A model generated the notes under the pieces. That model searched no databases and was not told the DNA's origin. It saw only the letters and a program-made list of their open reading frames with translations. From IMG/VR virus record IMGVR_UViG_3300034069_002177, positions 32,001 through 96,000 of that record: a stretch of 64,000 nt of DNA; one strand, written 5' to 3'. The DNA comes from a virus. Lineage: Duplodnaviria; Caudoviricetes. The first letter of the stretch is position 1; each line of letters opens with the position of its first letter. The position numbers and the translations under genes are program-made. Of this stretch, positions 20,675-31,183 are shown piece after piece.

Positions 20675-22288
20675 ATGGTCACGTATTCTGCTGCACCCCT
20701 CGAAAATGAGACGGTTGCCCAAATCGCTCCCCAGACTCTCAAGGAGATTTTCCAGACGGATTCTCTCTTCCCCGGACGCGTTCTGTCCGCATTAGGGTTT
20801 GGTCGTTCGCTTGACGCTAAGTATCGTGAGGTGACAGAATCTGATACGGCAAACGAGTTCTATCGCGGCGTCATTGAAGACGCAGTAGCCTTCCGCGAAG
20901 GCGTTGGACTCTACATCGTTGATGACATCACCACGACTTTGGTTGGTGAGTCTCTCATCGCTAAGATTTCCGTGACGGATGATTCTGTTATCAAGCAGGA
21001 CACTCATCTTCTCGGAGGTGTTGCCGCATTCGCTATCCCGACCAATAGCCACAATCATGCAGTGTTGGTGACATCCGGTGGACTCGACAAGCCAGCATTC
21101 AAGAACGTTGCGGGTGTCTCGGTGCTTCCTGTTGACTATGCGTTCCAGAACGTCGCAGAGACGCTCTATACCATTGCTAATCTTGTACTAGGTGACTTCC
21201 CAGAGGAACACGGTACTAATTGGTCAGAAGGCACCAATGTTGCTATCACGTTCTACCGCGTATCGGGTGAAGAGATCAAGCGTGAGTACCAGTTGGTTCT
21301 TCGTACCGAAGACGGCATTGTCGTCGCTAAGGAAGCGAACGCCAATGAGGATGGTTATATCTCCATCAAGGCATGGAGCGATGTCGAGCCAGGCGAGCAC
21401 GCGCTTTCTTCGTTTGTGTATCACGCACACGAGAAGTTCGCTGATCGACTCAATGAGATCGAGAACAAGGGTAATGCACTCGCGACCATCAATGCTGATG
21501 AGAACGTCGAAGCGTATGACGACTACAACAACGACCGTTACCTTCCTCTTTACCTTGACGACTTGCAGGTAGTTGCAAGTCAGGATGTCTTCGGCTATGA
21601 CGAGCACCCTGTTCACGAGCTTGCCGCTCTCGAAGAAGAACCAGTTGATGACGGTAACTCCGATGTTCCCGATTTCGGTTCAGATGCGGACACGGACGAG
21701 GTTACTTCCGAAGCTGTCGCAGATGCCCCCGCCGAGTCCGATTCCGCCACTGACGACGCCACCGCCGATGCTATCGAGTCGGAAGATACCGGGTCTGTTA
21801 TCACCTCGCCGGAAGATATTGAGACGGCTGATGATTTGGTTCATTTCGCTGAGTACGAAGTGACCCATTCTGAAGAGCCGGTTGTTGCTGGTGATGTCAA
21901 TGACGTAACCGCTGAGACCGAAGATCCTTTCGCGCTTGGTGCTGAGTACCTCATCAACGAAATTCCCGAAAGTGATGAAGTGCAGCCCTTGGTAGAAGGT
22001 GAAATCGATGGCACCGTATTCGATAAGACCGAGGTTGTCACTGACGATGCAGATATTCAGCCCGAGCCTTTGGAAGAACTAGCTGACCCTGCTGCGTTCG
22101 AAAACCTCCAGTGGTCCGAAGTTGTTGCCGGTGATGGTTTCGATGAAACTATCGTCGAAGACGCGACGCCTCAGCTTGCTCCTGAGTTCGGTGATCTTTC
22201 GTGGGAAGATGTCGCCACTACGGTAGCTGACGACGATAATGATGCGCAGGATGAGAAGCCATTGAAGGGTTTCTTGAATAAGGGCTGA
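20675..22288 (+). CDS. hypothetical protein with very acidic C-terminal half
   Basis: RBS AAGGAA; D/E-rich tail. Confidence 0.7.
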   Translation: MVTYSAAPLENETVAQIAPQTLKEIFQTDSLFPGRVLSALGFGRSLDAKYREVTESDTANEFYRGVIEDAVAFREGVGLYIVDDITTTLVGESLIAKISVTDDSVIKQDTHLLGGVAAFAIPTNSHNHAVLVTSGGLDKPAFKNVAGVSVLPVDYAFQNVAETLYTIANLVLGDFPEEHGTNWSEGTNVAITFYRVSGEEIKREYQLVLRTEDGIVVAKEANANEDGYISIKAWSDVEPGEHALSSFVYHAHEKFADRLNEIENKGNALATINADENVEAYDDYNNDRYLPLYLDDLQVVASQDVFGYDEHPVHELAALEEEPVDDGNSDVPDFGSDADTDEVTSEAVADAPAESDSATDDATADAIESEDTGSVITSPEDIETADDLVHFAEYEVTHSEEPVVAGDVNDVTAETEDPFALGAEYLINEIPESDEVQPLVEGEIDGTVFDKTEVVTDDADIQPEPLEELADPAAFENLQWSEVVAGDGFDETIVEDATPQLAPEFGDLSWEDVATTVADDDNDAQDEKPLKGFLNKG

Positions 22289-22295
22289 TCCCGAG

Positions 22296-22349
22296 TTGCA
22301 AAAATACTCCCGAGTTGTTATGATCACATTTCAACTCGGGAGTATTTGC
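22296..22349 (+). promoter_or_regulatory. promoter with overlapping long inverted repeat upstream of helicase
   Basis: TTGCAA-N17-TATGAT; AATACTCCCGAGTTG / CAACTCGGGAGTATT inverted repeat. Confidence 0.55.
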
Positions 22350-23828
22350 GTGAAAGCAACAGACGAACAGGCAGACGCCATTGAAGCGTTCGACGAAGGG
22401 GACAACCTCGCGCTCGTAGCGGGGGCAGGAACCGGCAAGACCACCGTCCTCAAAATGATGGCGGAAGGCGACTCACGTCGGGGTCTTTACCTGGCATTCA
22501 ATAAGTCAGTGAGGGAAGAAGCCAACATCAAGTTCCGTAAGACTAACGTCGAGGCGCGCACCGCACACTCGTTGGCTTACAAGGACTTCGGCGCTCCCCG
22601 ACAAGATCGCCTTCCTGGTCAGGGTGCTGCGTTCATGCGTAACTCCACTCTTGCCAAGGCGCTCGACATTGTTCCAACGACTGTCAAGGGCGATGACATC
22701 AGCGAGCGCAAGGTCGGTGCTGCCGAACTAGCCCACCTCGCTAAGCAGACTGTCAAGCAATTCACCAAGACCAAAGATGAATCCATCAGTCTTGATATGG
22801 TGGAGCTTCCTCCACTATTTGCTGCTGACAAAAAGATCGCAGCAGACCTCACGCCTCTCGTGCACAAATACGCTGAGCGTCTGTGGAAAGAAGTTGTTTC
22901 GCTCGATAGCGAAATCCCCATTTCTCACGATGACTACTTGAAGCTCTACCAGCTAAGCAAGCCGTTCATTAAGGCTGACTATATTTTCCTTGACGAGGCA
23001 CAGGATGCCGACTCTCTCATGGTGGAAATCATCAAGGATCAGATGGACCACGCTCAGATCATTGCGGTAGGAGACCGTTCGCAGGCTATCTATGGCTGGC
23101 GAGGCGGCACCATAGACGCTATGACTGAGTTTGGTGGCGTAGAGCGTCACCTCACGCAGTCATTCCGATTCGGTGATGCAATCGCCGCACAGGCAAATAA
23201 GATTCTGGATCTTCTCGATGCTGACATTCGACTGAGAGGAACGCCCTCTATCAAGTCTGAGGTGTTGTTCGGTGAGCGCTTGGAAGAGCCTGACGCCATT
23301 CTCACTCGCACTAACATTGGAAGTATGGTGGAAGTTCTTGCGCGTCAGTCCGCAGGTGAGAACGTTGCTATCGCTGGTCAGCACAAGGCGAATGAAATGA
23401 AGAAGATTGCTAAGGCGGCTCAGGATTTGCAGGAGAAGGGTTACACCCCGCACCCCGACTTCTCGGCGTTTGACAACTGGAGCGAAGTTGTCGCATTCAG
23501 CGAAACAGATGAAGGCTCCGAGTTTACCCCGATTGTGAACCTCGTTCAAACATGGTCGCCGTTGCAGATTATCGATGCTATCGATTCCTGCGTACCGGTC
23601 GAGAAGTCCGATGTGGTTATCTCCACTGCTCACATCGCAAAGGGTCTCGAATGGAATCGTGTTCGTATCGGTGAAGACTTCTACCCTCCGAAGTACATTG
23701 ACGGCGTTCAGCAGCCGCTGGCGCGCGAGGAAGCCATGCTCGCATATGTCGCAGTGACTCGTGCCAAGCATGAACTGGACGACTTCGGCTTGTCGTGGAT
23801 TTACAAGTACCGTGGGGAGATTGAATAG
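22350..23828 (+). CDS. UvrD/REP-like superfamily 1 helicase
   Basis: AGAGTGKT Walker A, YLAFN, FLDEAQD, VGDRSQAIY, LTQSFRF, STAHIAKGLEW, YVAVTRA; start uncertain. Confidence 0.9.
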   Translation: MKATDEQADAIEAFDEGDNLALVAGAGTGKTTVLKMMAEGDSRRGLYLAFNKSVREEANIKFRKTNVEARTAHSLAYKDFGAPRQDRLPGQGAAFMRNSTLAKALDIVPTTVKGDDISERKVGAAELAHLAKQTVKQFTKTKDESISLDMVELPPLFAADKKIAADLTPLVHKYAERLWKEVVSLDSEIPISHDDYLKLYQLSKPFIKADYIFLDEAQDADSLMVEIIKDQMDHAQIIAVGDRSQAIYGWRGGTIDAMTEFGGVERHLTQSFRFGDAIAAQANKILDLLDADIRLRGTPSIKSEVLFGERLEEPDAILTRTNIGSMVEVLARQSAGENVAIAGQHKANEMKKIAKAAQDLQEKGYTPHPDFSAFDNWSEVVAFSETDEGSEFTPIVNLVQTWSPLQIIDAIDSCVPVEKSDVVISTAHIAKGLEWNRVRIGEDFYPPKYIDGVQQPLAREEAMLAYVAVTRAKHELDDFGLSWIYKYRGEIE

Positions 23829-23853
23829 CGCCGACTGGTGTTATTCGTGAACG

Positions 23854-24663
23854 ATGATGAAGAGAAAGAAAATCATGCGTAAGAGTTTCATTGCTGTAGG
23901 TACAGCCGCACTGTCACTTTTGGTGCTCACGGGATGCCAGGGTCTTAACGGATCATCCTCATTTAAGCTAGCTCCCGCTGCTCAGTATCAGCCGCATGCT
24001 CTGTCCAGTTTGGACGAGCAGCAGTTCGAAAACGGTGACATTGCCAGCGATTTCAAGGAGTGGACGAAGGATATTGGTTGGTCGAAGACGTACGAGCTTG
24101 CCAACTCCCCTATTACGTTCATTCCCAAAAACCAGAATGAGTCTTTTGGAGGTTCGGCATCTCATAACGCTTGCACGGCATGGGTTCCTTCTACTCCCGG
24201 CTCCGAGGCTAGCTCGACAACTTTCGACTACGTATATCGACTCAAAAGCGCTGAGGGTAAAGCTGCGAATGCAACCGAGGTCGCTGATGTCATCACGCAC
24301 CTAGATGGCGATATGCAGCGTCAGGGATGGAAGACCTACAACGTGTCACACCTTGGTTTTACCAGCGGTAGCGCCGGTCAGAAGGCTTGGTACGCCCCTT
24401 CTACAGACATTGACTCACCTTCGCCTACCCCCGTCAAGGGTCACCTAGAAGCTATTTCGGGTAAGCCTAACTCTGAGTACATCAGCTACAGAGTTCTCGC
24501 TGCTGATCGAGGAAACGGATATATTTCGCTGTACGTAACGACGCCTTGCGCGCCTGTAGAAAGCGATTCTTATAGTCAGTTACAAGGAGATGTGGGAAGC
24601 GCTGAGCTAGACTTGATTCAGTCCGATTCCAAGAATCCCGACAATGCTGTCACCGCGCAGTAA
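23854..24663 (+). CDS. lipoprotein, unknown function
   Basis: Lipobox VLTG-C. Confidence 0.75.
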   Translation: MMKRKKIMRKSFIAVGTAALSLLVLTGCQGLNGSSSFKLAPAAQYQPHALSSLDEQQFENGDIASDFKEWTKDIGWSKTYELANSPITFIPKNQNESFGGSASHNACTAWVPSTPGSEASSTTFDYVYRLKSAEGKAANATEVADVITHLDGDMQRQGWKTYNVSHLGFTSGSAGQKAWYAPSTDIDSPSPTPVKGHLEAISGKPNSEYISYRVLAADRGNGYISLYVTTPCAPVESDSYSQLQGDVGSAELDLIQSDSKNPDNAVTAQ

Positions 24664-24705
24664 CACACGAAACACAGACACTACAACAAGGAGAACCACC
24701 AAAGC

Positions 24706-25479
24706 ATGACAACAAACGAAACCGAAGAAACCAAGGTCGAACCGACTTTCCGTTCTGATATCAAAGTAGAACTCGTCAAGAGTTCGGCTAGTGATGACGA
24801 TGTTCTTTTCGCCGCCAGGGTATCTACCGCAGGCGAGCAGACCCGCGAGCTAGTTGACTACGATAACCTCTCGGATGAAGACAAGGCAAAGGCGGAAAAG
24901 AGGGCTTCCGGTCTTATCAACTACCTGATGCGCGACCGTCATGGCTCGCCTTTCGAGCACACTTCCTTCACGTTCTACGTCGAAGCACCCATCTTCGTAT
25001 TCCGCGAATTCATGCGTCACCGCATGGCTTCCTACAATGAAGAATCGGGACGTTACCGGGAGATGCGCCCTGTCTTCTACGTGCCTAACCGTGAGCGTAA
25101 CCTCATTCAAGTTGGCAAGCCTGGTGCATACGACTTCCTTCCTGGCACGGATGAGCAGTTTGAAATCGTAGACGATGAGACGCGTAAGCAGTCAGTTGCC
25201 GCTTACGAGGCATACCAGAAGATGCTGAAGGCTGGTGTCGCTCGTGAGGTAGCGCGCATCGTGCTTCCTCTCAACTTGTTCTCCAGCATGTATGTCACCG
25301 TGAATGCTCGTTCCATGATGAACTTCCTTTCGCTTCGCACCAAGGTCGAAGGGTCACACTTCCCCTCTTTCCCGCAGCGCGAGATCGAAATGGCTGCCGA
25401 GCAGATGGAAAAGTTCTTCGCAGAGAAGATGCCAAACACCTACGCTTCGTTCCAGAAGAACGGGCGCGTGTCCCCGTAA
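24706..25479 (+). CDS. thyX: flavin-dependent thymidylate synthase
   Basis: HGSPFEH and RHRMASYNEESGRY ThyX motifs; QREI. Confidence 0.95.
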   Translation: MTTNETEETKVEPTFRSDIKVELVKSSASDDDVLFAARVSTAGEQTRELVDYDNLSDEDKAKAEKRASGLINYLMRDRHGSPFEHTSFTFYVEAPIFVFREFMRHRMASYNEESGRYREMRPVFYVPNRERNLIQVGKPGAYDFLPGTDEQFEIVDDETRKQSVAAYEAYQKMLKAGVAREVARIVLPLNLFSSMYVTVNARSMMNFLSLRTKVEGSHFPSFPQREIEMAAEQMEKFFAEKMPNTYASFQKNGRVSP

Positions 25480-25497
25480 CACCGCTGTAGAAACAAC

Positions 25498-25534
25498 AAG
25501 AAGGCACCAGACGAAATCAGTTTGGTGCCTTCTT
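25498..25534 (+). terminator. intrinsic terminator
   Basis: AAGAAGGCACCA/TGGTGCCTTCTT stem after thyX. Confidence 0.75.
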
Positions 25535-25606
25535 CTGTATTCGCAATGCGACCGATTTTGCATGCTAGTTTAGTACCCACATAGGCAGTACACGAAAGGG
25601 TTTATT

Positions 25607-27019
25607 GTGGCGGACGTTTGGGTTCTACAGAATAGTGATAAGCAGATCGCTGGAGTTTTCGGAAGTCGGAGCGCGGCTAACCGTTCCATCAGTGATGAAG
25701 ATGCTCGCGCATTGCCATTTGACATCCAGGAGCCTAAGCGCACCACTGATGAAGGGGCGCGAAATGTTGAAGTTCCGGTAGAGGTAAGGGTCGAAGTACC
25801 CGTCTATATTCCTTCTGATTCCGCCGAAGGAGCACCGCTACTTCAGGCACTGAATGACATCACGGAAATGCTGATGAAAGCTAACGCGCCTCAGCAGATT
25901 CTTACCGCTGTCACGAATATTTCCGCTCCTGCAATCGAGCGTTACAACGCTTCCGCCTTAGAGCCAGAGCAGGCTGGGGTCACTTCACTCGTCGAGTCCG
26001 CTATCGAAGATCACGTTTCTACCAATGCCGAACTCGATGCACATAACCCTGACAACACCGAGCCTGAAAATGATGTTGTTGATAGCGGTGAAGAAGAGGT
26101 CAGTGCCGATGATGCTATGGACTTCCTTTTTGGCGACGATGATGAAGACGCCTTCAGCCAAGACGAAGAGAGCACTCTCGACGATGCCGAGGCGGACATC
26201 GAAAATGGCACCGAGCCTGAGTTTGTAGCACCAGAAGACAACTCTCCCGACGAAGAGCCTGACTTCCTTTCCGAAGTCGAAACGACTCCTGCCGAAGACG
26301 AATTAGCCGTAGATGCATTCGCTAATGAGGGCGCTCCTGTTGTAGACGTTGACGAGAATATTGATGTCGAAGAAGCGTTTGACTTTGACGCCCTTGAAGA
26401 CCCGGATGAAGTCATCTCGCAGGAAGATGTAGCCGAGGAAGAAATCAATAACAGTGACTCGGACGATAACAACGCCGAAGATTCGGATGAGAGTGATTCT
26501 GATGTTGCAGAAGCACTAGATGATGACGATAACACTGAAGACGTTGCTACTGAAAACATCGAAGAATCCGCCGACGATGAAGATGATGAAGACCCCGTTT
26601 TTGAGCCGATGACGGATACGGTCGCTCCGATTGACTTCCTTGCTCCTAATGCAGACGGAATCGATTTCACGGGAAATGAAGATGACTTTGGTATCGACCC
26701 CGATCTAGAAAATGAGATCGAAGATGGACCCCAGCCAGTATCTGCATTCCGCCGTGCCAAGGAGATTCGCGAGAACACAGCACCGGTCGAGACGAAGGCT
26801 TCTGCTATGCCCGCTGTCACTGATGCAGTGATTAGTCTCAATAGCTGGTTGGTTAGCGCCGTCAAGGCTCCTGTATCAGCACCCCAGGTGGAGGTCGAAG
26901 ATGAGCCGAAACCAGCTAAGGCAAAGTCACCTACTCGCCGGGAGATTCGTGCACAGCAGGAAAAGGAAGCAGCTTCGGCAGATGAGAATTCTGACGCATC
27001 TGACGCAGTAGTAATCTAG
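25607..27019 (+). CDS. extremely acidic, probably disordered hypothetical protein
   Basis: D/E-dominated 470-aa ORF; RBS GAAAGG. Confidence 0.7.
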   Translation: MADVWVLQNSDKQIAGVFGSRSAANRSISDEDARALPFDIQEPKRTTDEGARNVEVPVEVRVEVPVYIPSDSAEGAPLLQALNDITEMLMKANAPQQILTAVTNISAPAIERYNASALEPEQAGVTSLVESAIEDHVSTNAELDAHNPDNTEPENDVVDSGEEEVSADDAMDFLFGDDDEDAFSQDEESTLDDAEADIENGTEPEFVAPEDNSPDEEPDFLSEVETTPAEDELAVDAFANEGAPVVDVDENIDVEEAFDFDALEDPDEVISQEDVAEEEINNSDSDDNNAEDSDESDSDVAEALDDDDNTEDVATENIEESADDEDDEDPVFEPMTDTVAPIDFLAPNADGIDFTGNEDDFGIDPDLENEIEDGPQPVSAFRRAKEIRENTAPVETKASAMPAVTDAVISLNSWLVSAVKAPVSAPQVEVEDEPKPAKAKSPTRREIRAQQEKEAASADENSDASDAVVI

Positions 27020-27382
27020 CCAATAGTCACGATTCCGATCTAATGTCGGAGCAAGGTGTTACGATTTACTCAATGGAACTCACCGGAAACCTCGCCTGAT
27101 GCGCAACACTGTGGCATCTACCTCGAATTGCGTTGCGCGTGTTCTTCCTGTCATCTTCAAAAACGGTACCGTCTCTCAGTCTTCTGAGTGCGGTGCCGTT
27201 TTTGCGTTGTCTCACTTTGTGAAACAACCCTAGACTTCCTTCAAGGAAGACGCGATTCGCTACCGCGTGGATGGTTGAAACCCCCGGCTATAAAATGTCG
27301 GGGGTTTCGCTCCGTCTAGACTAGTTTCCTATGCTGGCGACTAGTTGTAGTCAAAGAGAGTTTGTGGTGGTAGATTCCTCGT

Positions 27383-27922
27383 ATGAACAATTCGTTGGAT
27401 AGCAACCCAGTAACAGCAGCGCTGTTGTGGATGTTCCAACACATCGTCCAAGACCCAGACTTTCTCAAAAAACTGGGCGCTCTTGTCGTTCTGTTCTTGT
27501 TCTTCCGTTTCGTCTTGCTCATTGCCGGTCTTGTTCAAACCGCTAGACGAAAGAAGTTTCGCGAACAGTACGAACGTGGTTTTAGTGCATCGCAGAGACG
27601 TGATGGATTTGCCCGTGCTGGCAATAGATGTGAATTCGATAACGGCATGGCAAGATGCAAGAATAGAGCAGAACACGCTGACCACTTCTATCCGTGGGCT
27701 AGGGGTGGCGCGACTTCCATGAACAATCTCGTTGCTGCATGTGCTGGTCACAATCTTTCTAAAGGGGCTAAAATGCCATCGCCGCTACTCAAATCCCGTA
27801 TCGAGAATCGTCGTAAGCGGTACTTTCCACGAGGTGCCAATCGAACCGCTGGCGAATGGTCCGTTAGACACAAGAACCAACCGGAGTCAGACGGTCCCGG
27901 TTGGTCTTCCGCAGAACTCTAA
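27383..27922 (+). CDS. HNH endonuclease with N-terminal TM segment
   Basis: CE...C...HADHFYPWARGGATSMNNLVAACAGHN. Confidence 0.85.
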   Translation: MNNSLDSNPVTAALLWMFQHIVQDPDFLKKLGALVVLFLFFRFVLLIAGLVQTARRKKFREQYERGFSASQRRDGFARAGNRCEFDNGMARCKNRAEHADHFYPWARGGATSMNNLVAACAGHNLSKGAKMPSPLLKSRIENRRKRYFPRGANRTAGEWSVRHKNQPESDGPGWSSAEL

Positions 27923-28014
27923 TCCTGTTTCCGAAAACCCTTGACGTAGATCTTCCCGACTGTTAAACTCACCAAGCATTGGCAACGACCATGCGAAAAA
28001 GAAATGATGAATGC

Positions 28015-28869
28015 ATGAGCGAGCTAATCCGATTCCTACCGAGTTACGTCGGTTCTAAGCGTGCCTGGCTTCCTTATCTTCAAGAGTTCAAGAACCGTCC
28101 GTTTGTCGAGATGTTCGCGGGTTCCGGTGTGCTTAGTTCAAACCTGGCTTCCAAAGCCATTCTGGTAGACCTCGACCCCATCGTATCCAAAGTTCTATCC
28201 CGGTTCGATGAGCAGATCGTTCCCGAGGAATTCACTCGTGAGGATTACTACCGCGTTCGATTCCAAGAGGATTGGTGGAAGCATCTTTACTCGTTGCAGT
28301 CAATGTCTTTCTCTGGTGTATTCCGATATTCCAAGCGCGGTTACAATGTCCCAGCCAAAGGCGGCGAAGATCCAAGCAAGAACAAGGTGAACACGTTCCG
28401 CAACCGTCCGTCTTACGAAGCAGCATTGAACCGCTGGAATGAGTTACAGCCTGATGTTCGTAATTGCTCTTACCTAGACATCACAGATGAAGAAATCGCA
28501 GCACTAGGTGACGACGTTATTGTCATTCTCGACCCGCCTTATGGTGACGGCGAAACCCAGAAATCACAGGCTGCATACAACGACACCACTTCACAGTCCA
28601 AGAAGGGTGAAGGGTTTGACTTCGATGCTTATTGGAAGAGAGCGGCGGAACTCGTCGAGAAGTTCGATGTGATTTTGTTCGACCGGCAGTTCAACCTCGA
28701 ACGTAACGGCTACCATGTCGATGGTGTACGAAAGATGCGTGTCAATGGTGCCCGTGAAGGAGATGTCGAGGCTATGAGCGTTAACCTTCGCGCAGGTAGT
28801 AAGCGTTTCGGAACCAAGGACTTGCATGACTTGTGGGATGAAGAACCCGAGATGCTGGTTATCGGCTAG
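28015..28869 (+). CDS. Dam-like N6-adenine DNA methyltransferase
   Basis: YVGSK, FVEMFAGSG motif I, FSGVFRYS..GYNVP, ILDPPY motif IV. Confidence 0.88.
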   Translation: MSELIRFLPSYVGSKRAWLPYLQEFKNRPFVEMFAGSGVLSSNLASKAILVDLDPIVSKVLSRFDEQIVPEEFTREDYYRVRFQEDWWKHLYSLQSMSFSGVFRYSKRGYNVPAKGGEDPSKNKVNTFRNRPSYEAALNRWNELQPDVRNCSYLDITDEEIAALGDDVIVILDPPYGDGETQKSQAAYNDTTSQSKKGEGFDFDAYWKRAAELVEKFDVILFDRQFNLERNGYHVDGVRKMRVNGAREGDVEAMSVNLRAGSKRFGTKDLHDLWDEEPEMLVIG

Positions 28870-28934
28870 CCTTTCTCGCACTGTCGTCTCCACACGCTAC
28901 AATCGTAGTAGAACGTAAGCGTCAGGAGAAAAGC

Positions 28935-29750
28935 ATGCAAGGAAGAATCCAGCACACCATCACGGATAAGAACGGTCATCAGAAGATCGTTTGGGTCACT
29001 CCCGACAAGAAGCTACCTTCATCTGCTGAGGGTCGCAACCGTGTCGTCGGCGCAGTGCCAACCATCTCCAAGAAGCCTCTCATTACTTCCGGCGATATCG
29101 AGAACTGGGCGGCACGCAATAATCTTCCATTCGGGGAAGATGAAGATTTCGTAGACCTTGTGAATGCCACCGTCATTGCCAATGACGACTATACGGATGG
29201 TGGGTTACAGAACGCCTACGACGAGGTATTTCGCAGCAACTTCGGTGGATACTCGGTTGATAGTCTCCGTGCCGCGCTGGGAGTCAGTGCGGAACCCACA
29301 GCCCCAGTTGTCCCTTCAAGCTCCGATCCTCGCGTGCAAGCTGGAGAAGTTCTCGATGAGGTAGAGCACGATGGTGTTGTCTATCACCGTGTGCGTGATG
29401 GAGTATACCCGACCGATATCTACTCGATGCGTTTCCAGTTCGACCGCAAGCTCAGTGTCGAGGAAGCTCGTCATGCTCGTGATCTCATCGCTTATGCATG
29501 GACTTCGAAAGTACGCGGAGAGCCCTTCGGCACTGAACTGCAAGATAGTCCGTTCTCCTTCGTTGCTTATGGTGATGTCACCAAGACGCGCCGAGATGAT
29601 TCCGGGCAGGCTCTCGCAGAATGGGAAGAAACCCTTGCTGAGTATCTTGCCGAAGGAACAAAGCAGAAGAACGAATCGCTTCGTATTCCCCCTGTCACTC
29701 CCGCTCTCAAAGTCGAGATTTACTACGACAACGTAGAAGGCGACATTTGA
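28935..29750 (+). CDS. hypothetical protein with N-terminal TDKNG motif
   Basis: RBS AGGAG; 271 aa. Confidence 0.7.
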   Translation: MQGRIQHTITDKNGHQKIVWVTPDKKLPSSAEGRNRVVGAVPTISKKPLITSGDIENWAARNNLPFGEDEDFVDLVNATVIANDDYTDGGLQNAYDEVFRSNFGGYSVDSLRAALGVSAEPTAPVVPSSSDPRVQAGEVLDEVEHDGVVYHRVRDGVYPTDIYSMRFQFDRKLSVEEARHARDLIAYAWTSKVRGEPFGTELQDSPFSFVAYGDVTKTRRDDSGQALAEWEETLAEYLAEGTKQKNESLRIPPVTPALKVEIYYDNVEGDI

Positions 29751-30364
29751 TGCCGAACGCGCATCCTAATAATGCTCAGCGTGTCGTCGATGTCAACGGA
29801 AGGCTCACCACCGTCTACAAACGCCCTGAAGGTGCCGTAGGCGCACCTAATCGGCTCAGCACCGTCACGCCAGCACACAAGATGGTGTCGATGAATACGG
29901 AACTCAACTCCCATGCTGGTGGTAATTACGTGTCTATTCGCGCTGCTAATAGTGAGAGTGGTATCAATCGTCATATTGCTGACACCCCCGAAGATGAGTC
30001 GCCTCTGTTCATGGTGAGCGACAGCACGCTCAATCAGGACGGCTCGCTGAATATCGATGGTGGTGCAAGCCCCGTTCTGATTCATCTCGACACACTTCGC
30101 ACCGCAAACGTCAACATTCGTTCTGGTCATGCTGTCATCAAGTCTTACAGTGAGAGGCACATCCCGAACATAAACGTTTCCGGTGATGCTCATGTGACCG
30201 TCATCATTGCCGAAGGTACCGGTGCCGAGGTGACATCCGAGGAAGATGCTACCGCCACTATCGTTCCCGAGTCTGGGGCATTCGGCACTGTCTATATCAA
30301 GGGAAGCAACCCGGCTGAAATCGATGATGAGGGTGTCAAGCACCAGATGATCGTATTGGGTTGA
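29750..30364 (+). CDS. hypothetical protein with N-terminal VDVNG motif and beta-helix-like C-terminus
   Basis: Overlapping start with upstream stop; repetitive V-x-V-x-G strands. Confidence 0.65.
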   Translation: MPNAHPNNAQRVVDVNGRLTTVYKRPEGAVGAPNRLSTVTPAHKMVSMNTELNSHAGGNYVSIRAANSESGINRHIADTPEDESPLFMVSDSTLNQDGSLNIDGGASPVLIHLDTLRTANVNIRSGHAVIKSYSERHIPNINVSGDAHVTVIIAEGTGAEVTSEEDATATIVPESGAFGTVYIKGSNPAEIDDEGVKHQMIVLG

Positions 30365-30372
30365 AAATAAAC

Positions 30373-30402
30373 TTGACATCTGATTAAAGTCTGCACTAAG
30401 GT
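30373..30402 (+). promoter_or_regulatory. sigma70/SigA-type promoter
   Basis: TTGACA-N18-TAAGGT. Confidence 0.7.
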
Positions 30403-30458
30403 AAGTGTTGTACCAAGAACACGTCAGAATTCATCAGAACCGGAAGGAACCACCTCCC

Positions 30459-31160
30459 ATGTCCAGCAACGCTCCCGCAATGAAGACCTCCGCCAACTCG
30501 CTCCAGGTCTTCGCAGTCTTCCTGCTCGCCATCATCGGCGCTGGCGCATTCATCCTCTCCTTCCGTGCTCTCCGTGAGATGTTCGAGGGCGCTGGCGGAA
30601 CGGTCGCCACCTCGTGGATCTTCCCCATCATCATCGATGGTCCCATCCTCGCGGCAACCGTCTCCGTCTTCTACCTCTCGTCGTTCGATGACAAGCGTTC
30701 CGAGAAGATCTACTCCTGGTTCGTTCTCGGTCTCTTCTCGCTCGCCTCCATCGTCCTGAACGCCCGCCACGTCTCGCTGAACTCGAACCGTCAGCTTGAC
30801 CTCACCACTTCGACCGTGATGGCTGCCGCCCCGCCCGTCGCCCTCATGTTCACCATCCACCTTCTCGCCATCCTCATCCACCGCCAGAAGCGTCGCTCGG
30901 GTTCCACCGTCAAGGCGACCAACAAGGACGGTGAGGTCATCGTTGGCACCAAGAAGAAGACCGATGGTCAGCTTCTTGCCCTGGTTCGCAACAAGGTCGC
31001 CAAGGGTGGAACCGTCACCGCCAGCGACATGAGCAAGTGGATGGGCGCTTCGAGTATCCAGGCGGCTTCCTACCAGCTTGGTCGTCTCCGCCGCGAGCAC
31101 CCCGCCGCATTCGAGGCGAAGACCGCTGAGGTCAAGGAACTGGTCGGCGCTGACGCCTGA
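30459..31160 (+). CDS. DUF2637-like membrane protein (actinomycete plasmid/ICE type)
   Basis: AFILSFRALRE...WIFPIIIDG...SIVLNARH...AAAPPVAL pattern; four TMs; C-terminal HTH-like tail. Confidence 0.7.
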   Translation: MSSNAPAMKTSANSLQVFAVFLLAIIGAGAFILSFRALREMFEGAGGTVATSWIFPIIIDGPILAATVSVFYLSSFDDKRSEKIYSWFVLGLFSLASIVLNARHVSLNSNRQLDLTTSTVMAAAPPVALMFTIHLLAILIHRQKRRSGSTVKATNKDGEVIVGTKKKTDGQLLALVRNKVAKGGTVTASDMSKWMGASSIQAASYQLGRLRREHPAAFEAKTAEVKELVGADA

Positions 31161-31183
31161 TAGGTGAGTGGTTGGTTCTGAGT

